A stretch of 64,000 nucleotides of DNA from Burkholderiales bacterium (lineage in GTDB: Bacteria; Pseudomonadota; Gammaproteobacteria; Burkholderiales; SG8-39): assembly GCA_050248795.1 (NCBI GenBank), contig JBFWRS010000006.1:16246-80245 (forward strand), written 5' to 3'. Both the position numbers and the translations under genes were made by a program. Positions within the stretch are counted from its first letter, which is position 1; each line of letters begins with the position of its first letter. Shown in pieces: positions 8,733 through 17,110 of the stretch. The notes beneath the pieces were generated by a model. It was given only the letters and a program-made list of their open reading frames with translations, was not told the DNA's origin and made no database searches.

Positions 8733-10190
8733 GTGATCCAGCCCTTCGCCGTACTGAACATGCTCAGCGTGGTGACGCTGATCTTCGCACTATCGATGTC
8801 TGGTCCGCTGATGGTTTCGTACGTTCTCGACGATGGCGCGCTGTCTGCGTTTGGCACGGGGATGGCGATAGCGGCTGCGGCTGGCATGACCTTGCGAATC
8901 GTGACGAGGGGCAGGCGTCGTGAGCTTCAAGTGCGGGACGGCTTTCTACTGGTCGCCCTGGGATGGTCGCTCCTACCTGCGTTTGGCGCGTTGCCGCTGA
9001 TGCTGTACCTGGAGGACCTGTCGTTCACGGATGCGTACTTCGAAAGTGTTTCTGGATTGACAACGACCGGCGCCACGGTGTTGAGCGGCCTGGACGAGCT
9101 CTCTACGTCCATCAACCTCTGGCGCTGCCAGCTTCAATGGATGGGGGGGATGGGCATTCTCGTTCTTGCGGTTGCGATTCTTCCTCTGCTCGGTGTCGGA
9201 GGATCACAGATCTTTCGGGCGGAAACTCCGGGCCCAATGAAGGACGCAAAGCTGACGCCGCGAATCGCGGAGACGGCCAAGGGGCTGTGGGGCATCTACG
9301 CCATTCTCACTGCACTCTGCACGCTTGCCTACGGGCTGGCGGGAATGGATTGGGTTGATGCCGTCATGCATGCGTTCACGACCCTGAGCCTGGGTGGCTT
9401 GTCCTCGCATGATGCGAGCTTCGGTTACTGGGATTCGCCCGCGATCGAGCTGGTTGCGGTGGTGTTCATGCTTGTTGCGGGAATGAACTTCGCAACGCAC
9501 TTCATTGCGATCCGGAGCGGATCCCTCAAGACGTACGCCCGGGATCCGGAGGTAATGCCTTTCCTTGGCGTGCTGGCGTTCTCGATCATCGGTATCGCCA
9601 CGTTCCTGTGGCTTTCCGGCACGTATGACGATCCCTGGTTGCTTGTTCGCCATGCGGCGTTCAACGTCGTATCGATCGCGACGACTACTGGCTACGCGAG
9701 CACCGATTTCGGCCTATGGCCAATATTCGTGCCCTTGGCGATGATTCTCCTATGCAGTTTCACGACCAGCGCCGGCTCCACTGGTGCAGGAATCAAGATG
9801 GTGCGAGCGGTGCTGATGGCGAAGCACGCGGCCTTGGAGATGAAGCGCATCATTCATCCGCGCGCGGTCATACCGTTGAAACTTGGATCCAATGTAGTGG
9901 ACAACAGGGTTGTGCACGCGGTACTCGCGTTCATGCTTGTATATGGATGTAGCGCGATGATCATGACCATGCTGCTGATCGGTACGGGTATGGATGCAAT
10001 CACCGCGTTCAGCGCGGTGATGGCGTCGCTCAACAACATGGGTCCTGGCCTCAACGAGGTCGGGCCGGCAGGAAATTTCTCGCCGCTCAGCGACTTCCAG
10101 ACCTGGGTATGCGCGTTCGCGATGCTGCTGGGCAGGCTGGAACTGCTGTCGCTGATCGTCGTGCTGACCCCGGCGTTCTGGCGCCGGTGA
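8733..10190 (+). CDS. trkH: Trk system potassium uptake membrane protein
   Basis: 485 aa polytopic membrane protein of TrkH type (GLTTTGATV and STTGAGIK-like selectivity-filter repeats). GTG start, immediately after trkA. Confidence 0.93.
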   Translation: MIQPFAVLNMLSVVTLIFALSMSGPLMVSYVLDDGALSAFGTGMAIAAAAGMTLRIVTRGRRRELQVRDGFLLVALGWSLLPAFGALPLMLYLEDLSFTDAYFESVSGLTTTGATVLSGLDELSTSINLWRCQLQWMGGMGILVLAVAILPLLGVGGSQIFRAETPGPMKDAKLTPRIAETAKGLWGIYAILTALCTLAYGLAGMDWVDAVMHAFTTLSLGGLSSHDASFGYWDSPAIELVAVVFMLVAGMNFATHFIAIRSGSLKTYARDPEVMPFLGVLAFSIIGIATFLWLSGTYDDPWLLVRHAAFNVVSIATTTGYASTDFGLWPIFVPLAMILLCSFTTSAGSTGAGIKMVRAVLMAKHAALEMKRIIHPRAVIPLKLGSNVVDNRVVHAVLAFMLVYGCSAMIMTMLLIGTGMDAITAFSAVMASLNNMGPGLNEVGPAGNFSPLSDFQTWVCAFAMLLGRLELLSLIVVLTPAFWRR

Positions 10191-10202
10191 GCCTTGCTGC
10201 GG

Positions 10203-10304
10203 TTACTTTCCGGACGGCTTCTTGGCCGGTCGTCCGGGGCGCTTCTTGCCGTAGCTGCCCTTGTAGATCTTGCCCTTGCGCGTCCTCTTGTCGCCCTTGC
10301 CCAT
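10203..10304 (-). CDS. 30S ribosomal protein Thx-like small basic protein (33 aa)
   Basis: Below the ORF-track size cut-off. Reverse strand reads GGGAGGCAGC-ATG then MGKGDKRTRKGKIYKGSYGKKRPGRPAKKPSGK-TAA. Strong SD (GGGAGG), and a TATAAT hexamer at 10331-10336 (minus strand) just after the metH stop. The N-terminus matches my recollection of the Thx family (MGKGD.RT.RGK). Confidence 0.75.
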   Translation of the reverse strand: MGKGDKRTRKGKIYKGSYGKKRPGRPAKKPSGK

Positions 10305-10337
10305 GCTGCCTCCCGTGGATGGTGCGGTGGATTATAG

Positions 10338-13300
10338 CTAGGTCGCAGCCGCGAGCACGGCGGCAGGATCGTAGGCGAGGTTGGGCGCGAGCCACCGCTC
10401 GGCCTCCGTGACGCTGAGCTTCGCCCGCCGCGCGTAGTCCTCGACCTGGTCGCGCCCTATCTTGCCGACGGCGAAGTAGCTCGACTCCGGATGCGAGAAG
10501 TAAAAGCCCGAGACCGACGAGGCAGGCAGCATGGCGTACGACTCGGTCAGTTCGATGCCCGCGTTCGACTCCGCATCCAGCAGGCGGAATAGCGCCGCCT
10601 TCGGCAGGTGGTCCGGGCACGCGGGGTAGCCGGGCGCCGGGCGGATGCCGCGATAGTCTTCGGCGATGAGCTGCGCCGGGTCCAGGCGCTCGTCCGGCGC
10701 ATAGCCCCAGTATTCGCGGCGCACCCGCTCGTGCAGGCGCTCGGCGAACGCCTCGGCGAGCCGGTCTGCGAGCGACTTCAGCATGATCGCGTTGTAGTCG
10801 TCGTGGTTCGCCTCGTACGCCGCGACGCGGGCGTCGATGCCCCCGGCAGTGACCGCGAATGCGCCGACGTAGTCCAGCACGCCGGACTCCTTCGGCGCGA
10901 CGAAATCGGCCAGGCACAGGTTCGCCCGTCCGCTTGGCTTGTGGTTCTGCTGGCGCAGGTTGTGCCAGGTCGCGAGCACTTCGCGCCGCTCCTCGTCCCG
11001 GTAGATCTCGATATCGTCGTGCTGCACGCTGGCCGCAGGAAACAGGCCCAGCACGCCGCTTGCGGTGATCCACTTTTCCCGCACGATGCGATCCAGCATT
11101 GCCTGTGCTTCCTCGAAGAGCTTTCGCGCCGCTTCGCCGACCACCGGGTCCTGCAGGATCTTCGGATAAGGCCCGGAAAGCTCCCAGGTCTGGAAGAACG
11201 GCGTCCAGTCGATGTACGGAACCAGCTCCGCGAGCGGGTAGTCGCGCAGCACGGTGATGCCAGGCTTGGCCGGACGCGGCGGCCGGTACTGGCGCCAGTC
11301 GGTCTTCAGGCCCAGGCGCCTCGCCTCCGCGATAGGGTGCAAGGGACTCGCGCCCTTCTTGTTGCTGTGCTGCAGCCGGATCCTCTCGTAGTCGCTGCGC
11401 ACGTCAGCGGCGAAAGCGTCGCGATTCTCGTCCGACAGCAGGCTCTGTACCACCGTGACGCTGCGCGAGGCATCCGGAACATAGACGACGGGGCCGGGGT
11501 AGTTCGGCGCGATCTTCACCGCGGTGTGAACGCGGGACGTGGTTGCGCCGCCGATGAGCAGAGGTATGGTGAAGCCCTCGCGCGCCATCTCCCTCGCAAC
11601 GTGGCTCATTTCCTCCAGCGACGGCGTGATCAGCCCGGACAGGCCGATCGCATCCGCCTTCTCGCTGCGCGCGGTGTCCAGGATTTTCTGGCAGGGCACC
11701 ATCACGCCGAGGTTCACGACGTCGTAGTTGTTGCACTGAAGCACCACGGCGACGATGTTCTTGCCGATGTCGTGCACGTCCCCCTTGACGGTGGCGATGA
11801 CGACCTTGCCCTTGGCCTGGCCCGCCTGGCCGGTGCGCGCCTTCTCCGCCTCGATGTACGGGATGAGATGCGCCACCGCCTGCTTCATGACGCGCGCGGA
11901 CTTGACCACCTGCGGGAGGAACATCTTGCCGGCACCGAAGAGATCGCCGACGACGCCCATGCCCGCCATCAGCGGGCCCTCGATGACCTCGATCGGCTGC
12001 GCAGCCTTCAACCTCGCCTCTTCGGTGTCCTCGATGATGTGCGCGGTGATGCCATTGACCAGCGCGTGCGACAGCCGTTCCTCCACGCTGCCGCTGCGCC
12101 AGGCGTCGTCCTCCTTCGCCACCTTGCCTTCCGACTTGACCGTATTGGCGAACTCCACCAGGCGCTCGGTCGCGTCCGGACGGCGGTTGAAGAGCACGTC
12201 CTCGACGCGCTCGCGCAACTGTGGCTCGATCTTCTCGTAGACGCCGAGCTGCCCCGCGTTGACGATGCCCATCGACATGCCGGCCTGCACCGCGTGGTAC
12301 AGGAACGCCGTGTGCATCGCCTCGCGCACCGGGTCGTTGCCGCGGAACGAGAAGGAGAGGTTCGACAGGCCGCCGGAGATCTTCACGTGCGGCAGGTTTG
12401 CGCGCGCCCACTTCGTCGCCTCGATGTAGTCGATCGCGTAGTTCGCGTGTTCTTCCAGGCCGGTCGCCACGGCGAAGATGTTCGGGTCGAAAATGATGTC
12501 CTCGGCGGGAAATCCGGCCTGCTCGGTCAGCAGCCGGTAGGCCCGCGCCAGGATCTCCTTCCGGCGCTCCAGCGTATCCGCCTGGCCCTGCTCGTCGAAG
12601 GCCATCACCACCACCGCGGCGCCGTACATCCGGCACAGGCGCGCCTGCCGCAGGAACTCGGCTTCGCCCTCCTTCATGCTGATCGAATTGACGATGCCCT
12701 TGCCCTGGATGCACTTCAGGCCGGCCTCGATGACGCTCCACCTCGAGCTGTCGATCATGACCGGCACGCGCGAGATATCCGGTTCGCTTGCGACCAGGTT
12801 CAGGAAAGTGACCATTGCGAGCTCGGAATCGAGCATCGCCTCGTCCATGTTGATGTCGATGATCTGCGCGCCGTTCTCGACCTGCTGCCGCGCCACGACC
12901 AGCGCCTCGGCATAGTTGCCAGCGAGGATCAGGCGCGCAAAGGCCTTCGAGCCGGTAACATTGGTGCGCTCGCCGACGTTGACGAAGAGCGTGTCGTCGC
13001 CGATGTTCAGCGGCTCCAGCCCCGCGAGCCGCAGCATCACCGGGCGCGCGGGGACCTGGCGCGGCGGCACGCCGGCCACCGCCTGCGCGATGGCGCGGAT
13101 ATGCTCGGGCGCGGTGCCGCAGCAGCCGCCGGCGATGTTCAGCCAGCCGTTCCTAGCCCACTCGCCCATCTGGCCGGCCATGGATTCCGGCGTGTCGTCA
13201 TATTCGCCGAACGCGTTCGGCAGGCCCGCGTTCGGGTGGCACGAGGTGCGCGTGCCCGCGACCCTGGAAAGCTCCTCCACGTACGGGCGAAGCTCCCGCG

Positions 13301-14057
13301 CGCCCAGCGCGCAGTTCAATCCGATCGCCAGCGGCCGCGCATGCGACACGGAGTTCACGAAAGCTTCGGTGACCTGCCCGGAAAGCGTGCGACCCGAGGC
13401 GTCGGTGATGGTGCCGGAGACGATCAGCGGCAGGCGCATGCCGCGCGCGTCGAACTCGGTCTCGATCGCGAACAACGCCGCCTTGCAGTTCAGCGTGTCG
13501 AACACCGTCTCGACCAGCACGAGGTCTATGCCGCCCTCGATAAGGCCGTCCAGCGCCTCTCGATACGCCGCCACCAGCGCGTCGAAGTTGACGTTGCGGA
13601 ACCCGGGATCGTTCACGTCCGGCGAAATCGACGCCGTCTTCGACGTCGGCCCGAGCACACCGGCGACGAAACACGTGCGCGATGGATCCTTTTGTTCCTG
13701 CGCTCGCGCGGCTTGCGTGGCGAGGCGCGCGGCTGCGACGTTGAGCTCCCGCGCGAGGCCCTCCATGCCGTAGTCCGCCATCGAGATCGAGGTGGAATTG
13801 AAGGTGTTCGTCTCGATGATGTCCGCGCCTGCCTCGAGGTACTCGGCGTGCAGGCGCATGATGAGTTCCGGTTGGGTCAGCACCAGCAGGTCGTTATTGC
13901 CTCGCAGGTCGCTGGGCCAGTCGCGAAAGCGCTCACCGCGGAACTGGGCCTCGGTGAGCTTCTCGCGCTGGATCATCGTGCCCATGGCGCCGTCGAGGAC
14001 GAGAATCCTCTCGGCGAGCAGTGCTTCAAGCTTGTTGGCGTGTGGTCGTGTATGCAT
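10338..14057 (-). CDS. metH: Cobalamin-dependent methionine synthase
   Basis: 1239 aa with all modules: Hcy-binding ([15 protein letters not shown]), pterin-binding, the B12 cap/binding motif ([11 protein letters not shown]) and the AdoMet activation domain. Confidence 0.98.
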   Translation of the reverse strand: MHTRPHANKLEALLAERILVLDGAMGTMIQREKLTEAQFRGERFRDWPSDLRGNNDLLVLTQPELIMRLHAEYLEAGADIIETNTFNSTSISMADYGMEGLARELNVAAARLATQAARAQEQKDPSRTCFVAGVLGPTSKTASISPDVNDPGFRNVNFDALVAAYREALDGLIEGGIDLVLVETVFDTLNCKAALFAIETEFDARGMRLPLIVSGTITDASGRTLSGQVTEAFVNSVSHARPLAIGLNCALGARELRPYVEELSRVAGTRTSCHPNAGLPNAFGEYDDTPESMAGQMGEWARNGWLNIAGGCCGTAPEHIRAIAQAVAGVPPRQVPARPVMLRLAGLEPLNIGDDTLFVNVGERTNVTGSKAFARLILAGNYAEALVVARQQVENGAQIIDINMDEAMLDSELAMVTFLNLVASEPDISRVPVMIDSSRWSVIEAGLKCIQGKGIVNSISMKEGEAEFLRQARLCRMYGAAVVVMAFDEQGQADTLERRKEILARAYRLLTEQAGFPAEDIIFDPNIFAVATGLEEHANYAIDYIEATKWARANLPHVKISGGLSNLSFSFRGNDPVREAMHTAFLYHAVQAGMSMGIVNAGQLGVYEKIEPQLRERVEDVLFNRRPDATERLVEFANTVKSEGKVAKEDDAWRSGSVEERLSHALVNGITAHIIEDTEEARLKAAQPIEVIEGPLMAGMGVVGDLFGAGKMFLPQVVKSARVMKQAVAHLIPYIEAEKARTGQAGQAKGKVVIATVKGDVHDIGKNIVAVVLQCNNYDVVNLGVMVPCQKILDTARSEKADAIGLSGLITPSLEEMSHVAREMAREGFTIPLLIGGATTSRVHTAVKIAPNYPGPVVYVPDASRSVTVVQSLLSDENRDAFAADVRSDYERIRLQHSNKKGASPLHPIAEARRLGLKTDWRQYRPPRPAKPGITVLRDYPLAELVPYIDWTPFFQTWELSGPYPKILQDPVVGEAARKLFEEAQAMLDRIVREKWITASGVLGLFPAASVQHDDIEIYRDEERREVLATWHNLRQQNHKPSGRANLCLADFVAPKESGVLDYVGAFAVTAGGIDARVAAYEANHDDYNAIMLKSLADRLAEAFAERLHERVRREYWGYAPDERLDPAQLIAEDYRGIRPAPGYPACPDHLPKAALFRLLDAESNAGIELTESYAMLPASSVSGFYFSHPESSYFAVGKIGRDQVEDYARRAKLSVTEAERWLAPNLAYDPAAVLAAAT

Positions 14058-14061
14058 GCAG

Positions 14062-14102
14062 AAAATGAAAAAGCCCGTTCAGCTCTCGCCAGAAACGGGC
14101 TT
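14062..14102 (-). terminator. Intrinsic-terminator-like hairpin in the metH 5' leader (attenuator candidate)
   Basis: Minus strand: AAGCCCGUU-UCUGGCGAGAGCUG-AACGGGCUU (9-bp stem) followed by UUUCAUUUUC. It ends 4 nt before the metH ATG. Confidence 0.5.
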
Positions 14103-14202
14103 CGGTGCACGTCTCTTTAGCAGCATTTTTTTTCCCGGCGGCTTCATGCCGACGCGTCGGTGGGCGCCCGCAAGCTGAACCTCAAATCGGCGCCGAGTTC
14201 GC

Positions 14203-14231
14203 ATTCTCCGGAAAATGTCCCTTGTTGTCAA
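14203..14231 (-). promoter_or_regulatory. Candidate sigma-70 promoter for the metH leader
   Basis: Minus strand: TTGACA (14231-14226), a 17-nt spacer, then GAGAAT (14208-14203). This predicts a leader of about 135-140 nt. Confidence 0.4.
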
Positions 14232-14248
14232 ATGCTTGCAGCTATAAT
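14222..14248 (+). promoter_or_regulatory. Candidate sigma-70 promoter for the rhodanese-thioesterase pair
   Basis: Perfect TATAAT at 14243-14248. The -35 candidates are TTGTTG (15-nt spacer) or CTTGTT (16-nt spacer). It overlaps the divergent metH -35 back to back. Confidence 0.3.
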
Positions 14249-14270
14249 CGGCCGCGGAGAGGCACCCTTC

Positions 14271-14666
14271 ATGGATCATCTGGAACCCAAAGCTGCGGCG
14301 GAATTCCTCAGGACCAATGCCGAGGCCCTGTTCATCGACTGTCGCAGCGAAATGGAATACCTGTTCGTCGGCCATCCGGTGGGCGCGCTGCACGTGGCGT
14401 GGAACGACGGCCCCGACTGGGACGTGAATCCGCATTTTGTCGGGCAGGTGAAGAAGCTCGCCGGGACCAACCACACCCGCCGTCCCATCGTGCTGATCTG
14501 CCGCAGCGGCAATCGTTCGCAGGAGGCCGGCGAAGCGCTCGAGCGCGCCGGCTTCACGAAGGTCTACAACGTGATCCACGGCTTCGAGGGCGAGCTGAAC
14601 GACGCGCATCAGCGCAATTCGATCGCCGGCTGGCGCCACGACGGCCTGCCCTGGGAACAGTGCTGA
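14271..14666 (+). CDS. Single-domain rhodanese (sulfurtransferase)
   Basis: 131 aa from ATG 14271, with a GGAGAGG SD 8 nt upstream. Active-site loop CRSGNRS. Confidence 0.85.
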   Translation: MDHLEPKAAAEFLRTNAEALFIDCRSEMEYLFVGHPVGALHVAWNDGPDWDVNPHFVGQVKKLAGTNHTRRPIVLICRSGNRSQEAGEALERAGFTKVYNVIHGFEGELNDAHQRNSIAGWRHDGLPWEQC

Positions 14667-15100
14667 TGGATGCGCCCGGCTTCGACTCGGTGGTCGGACG
14701 CTTCGCCTGCGAAGTACAGTGGGGCAACTGCGATCCCGCAGGCATCATTTTCTATCCTACCTACTACCAGTGGTTCGACGCTGCGACCTGGGCGTTCTTC
14801 GCGCGCATGGGCTACACCGCGAAGCGCATGCGAGCCGAGCACCGCGCCATGCCGTTGGTGTCCGCCGAATGCCAGTTCCGCCATCCGGCGGAGCAGAGCG
14901 ACCGCTGCGAGGTGCGCTCGCGCATCGCGCGCTGGGGCGGGAAGTCCTTCGTCGTCGCGCACGAGGTGGTTCGCGACGACGACAGGCTGCTCGCGTCGGG
15001 CTCCGAGACGCGCGTCTGGGGCGTGCACGTCGCCGGGCCCGGCTCCGCCATGAGGGGCGAAACCATTCCCGATGCGCTGAAGGCGCTGTTCCGCGCCTAG
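14666..15100 (+). CDS. 4-hydroxybenzoyl-CoA thioesterase family (hotdog fold) acyl-CoA thioesterase
   Basis: 144 aa, with an N-terminal WGNCDPAGIIFYPTYYQWFD motif typical of 4HBT/YbgC-type thioesterases. ATGA overlap with the rhodanese stop. Confidence 0.82.
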   Translation: MDAPGFDSVVGRFACEVQWGNCDPAGIIFYPTYYQWFDAATWAFFARMGYTAKRMRAEHRAMPLVSAECQFRHPAEQSDRCEVRSRIARWGGKSFVVAHEVVRDDDRLLASGSETRVWGVHVAGPGSAMRGETIPDALKALFRA

Positions 15101-15666
15101 AGCTCGAAGAAGACCGTTTCGTCCTTGCCCTGCAGGATGACGTCCCACCGCAGCACGCCGGGCTTGCCCGCCACGGGTTTCGCGACGAGCGTGTCGCGGC
15201 GCTTTGCGGGGACGAGCGCGAGCACGGCATCCTCGCCGTTGGCCGCGTCGCCGGGGAAGTAGATGCGCGACACCAGCTGCTTCAGCTGCCCGCGCATGAA
15301 GATGTTCACCGCGATGTGCGGCGCCTGCAGCCTGCCGTCCGCGCCGGGCACGCGGCCGGGCTTGATGCTCGTGAACCGGTAGCGGCCCTCGTCGTCGGTG
15401 GCGACGCGGCCAAAGCCGCGGAAGCCCTTCTCGACCGGTTTTTCCTGCGTGTCCTCGGGACTCGCGTACTTGCCGTGCGCGTTCGCCTGCCAGAGCTCCA
15501 GCAGCGCGTCGTTCACCGGCTTGCCGTCGCCATCGAGCACGCAACCCTCGATCGTCACCGGCTCGCCGGAAACGCCCGGGCCGGCAAGCTTGTCGATGAT
15601 CAGCCAGGTAAGGCCGATGTGCAGGTACGGGCCTACCGTCTGCGAGGTCGTCATCTGCAGGCTCAT
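15097..15666 (-). CDS. pcaG: Protocatechuate 3,4-dioxygenase alpha subunit
   Basis: 189 aa: TTSQTVGPYLHIGL, ELWQANAHGKY and PHIAVNIFMRG. Directly downstream of pcaH. Confidence 0.9.
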   Translation of the reverse strand: MSLQMTTSQTVGPYLHIGLTWLIIDKLAGPGVSGEPVTIEGCVLDGDGKPVNDALLELWQANAHGKYASPEDTQEKPVEKGFRGFGRVATDDEGRYRFTSIKPGRVPGADGRLQAPHIAVNIFMRGQLKQLVSRIYFPGDAANGEDAVLALVPAKRRDTLVAKPVAGKPGVLRWDVILQGKDETVFFEL

Positions 15667-15667
15667 G

Positions 15668-16372
15668 TCACTTCTCCATCGGCGTGGCGTCGCGGCCGCG
15701 CAGGATGATGTCGAAGCGGTAGCCGAGCGCGATCTCGGGAATCGTCGTCTCCCAGTCGAGCGCGCAGATCAGGCGCTGGCGCGCCTTCTCGTCCGGCACG
15801 CAGTTGAACATCGGGTCGTAGGGCAGCAGCGGATCGCCCGGGAAGTACATCTGCGTCACCAGCCGGGTGGCGAACGCCGCCCCGAACAGCGAAAAGTGGA
15901 TGTGCGCGGGCCGCCAGGCGTTGTAGTGGTTGCGCCATGGGTATTCTCCGGGCCGGATGGTGACGAAGCGGTAGTGGCCGTGTTCGTCGGTAAGCGCGCG
16001 GCCGGCGCCGGTGAAGTTCGGATCCATGGGCGCGTCGTGCTGGTCGACGCGGTGCGGATAGCGCCCGGCGGAGTTCGCCTGCCAGAGCTCCACCAGCGTG
16101 TGCGGCACCGGCCTGCCGTTCTCGTCGAGCACGCGGCCGCTGACGATGATGCGTTCGCCGATCGGCTCGCCGGCATGCTGGCGGGTGAGGTCGGCGTCGC
16201 CCGGCTTCACCTCGTCGTAGCCGAAGACCGGACCGGTCACTTCCGACAGCGACTGCGGCAGCAGCACCAGCGGCTGCGTCGGCGCGCGCTTCACCGTCGA
16301 CGCGTACATGGGAAACAGGTAGTCCGGCTGCGTGCCGGCGAACGGCTTGCGATAGCTGGCGATGCGGCTCAA
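15668..16372 (-). CDS. pcaH: Protocatechuate 3,4-dioxygenase beta subunit
   Basis: 234 aa: ELWQANSAGRYPH, HGHYRFVTIRPGEYPW and RPAHIHFSLF (intradiol Fe ligand Tyr/Tyr/His/His context). Confidence 0.93.
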   Translation of the reverse strand: MSRIASYRKPFAGTQPDYLFPMYASTVKRAPTQPLVLLPQSLSEVTGPVFGYDEVKPGDADLTRQHAGEPIGERIIVSGRVLDENGRPVPHTLVELWQANSAGRYPHRVDQHDAPMDPNFTGAGRALTDEHGHYRFVTIRPGEYPWRNHYNAWRPAHIHFSLFGAAFATRLVTQMYFPGDPLLPYDPMFNCVPDEKARQRLICALDWETTIPEIALGYRFDIILRGRDATPMEK

Positions 16373-16388
16373 GGCATTTTCCTTTCTG

Positions 16389-17081
16389 CTACAGCGCGGG
16401 CAGGATTTTCAGCTTCAGCTCGCCCACGCCGTCGACGCCGCAATGCAGCTCGTCACCAGGCTGGACCGGGCCGACGCCGGCCGGCGTGCCGGAATAGATG
16501 ATGTCGCCGGGCTCCAGCGTGTAGTACTGCGACAGGTACTCGATCTGCTCGGGCACCGACCAGATCATGTCCGCGAGATCCGCCTTCTGGCGCTGCTTGC
16601 CATTCACCGTCAGCCAGATCGCGCCGGTCGTGGGGTGGCCGATCTTGGCTGCCGGCACCAGCGCGCTGCACGGCGCCGCCTCGTCGAAGTCCTTGCCGAA
16701 ATCCCACGGTCGGCCCTTGTCCTTGCCGATCTGCTGCAGGTCGCGCCGCGTCATGTCCTGGCCGACGCCGTAGCCGAATACATGTGCATTGGCGTCCTTG
16801 GCCGGAATGCGCCTGCCCTGCCTTCCGATCGCCACTACCATCTCGGTCTCGAAGTGGAAATTGGCGGTCTTCGCCGGATAGTGGATGTCGGTGCCGGCGG
16901 GCACCAGCGCGTGCGCGGACTTGATGAAGAAGAACGGCTGCTCGCGACCATCGCCGCCCATTTCCTTCTGGTGCTCGACGTAGTTGCGCCCGACGCAGAA
17001 GATGCGCCGCACGGGGTAGAGGTCGGCGGAGCCCTCGACTTTCAGCGCGGGAGGATTCCACAGTGGTATTGCGTAGGCCAT
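16389..17081 (-). CDS. Fumarylacetoacetate hydrolase (FAH) family protein
   Basis: 230 aa: RIFCVGRNYVEH, ETEMVVAIG, DMIWSVPEQIEYLS and GDIIYSGTPAGVG (FAH-fold C-terminal domain). Confidence 0.9.
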   Translation of the reverse strand: MAYAIPLWNPPALKVEGSADLYPVRRIFCVGRNYVEHQKEMGGDGREQPFFFIKSAHALVPAGTDIHYPAKTANFHFETEMVVAIGRQGRRIPAKDANAHVFGYGVGQDMTRRDLQQIGKDKGRPWDFGKDFDEAAPCSALVPAAKIGHPTTGAIWLTVNGKQRQKADLADMIWSVPEQIEYLSQYYTLEPGDIIYSGTPAGVGPVQPGDELHCGVDGVGELKLKILPAL

Positions 17082-17110
17082 CGCATCGTCTCCGGGTTAG
17101 CGACGGCATT

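Noticed and set aside
10608-14120. A 1170-aa ORF on the plus strand, fully antisense to metH. Similar giant antisense or alternate-frame ORFs occur at 59167-62958(-), 4833-6401(-), 7293-8642(-), 28309-30063(+), 38036-40813(+), 54185-56188(+), 42480-44666(-) upstream part, and 35210-36475(-).
   Set aside because: Their translations are Arg/Ala/Gly/Pro-rich low-complexity sequences with no recognisable motifs. Each is mirrored by a strongly supported gene on the other strand or frame. Long stop-free antisense frames are expected at about 70% GC.
14159-14198. An attempt to fit the start of the metH leader to the SAH-riboswitch H-type pseudoknot (ACUC / GGCGCC / GAGGU / GGCGCC-CAC).
   Set aside because: The conserved SAH core sequence, as I remember it, is not present. 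The putative P1 5' strand would sit at or before the predicted transcription start, and no P2 hairpin is evident. I kept only the generic attenuator or riboswitch-candidate claim, pending a covariance-model search.
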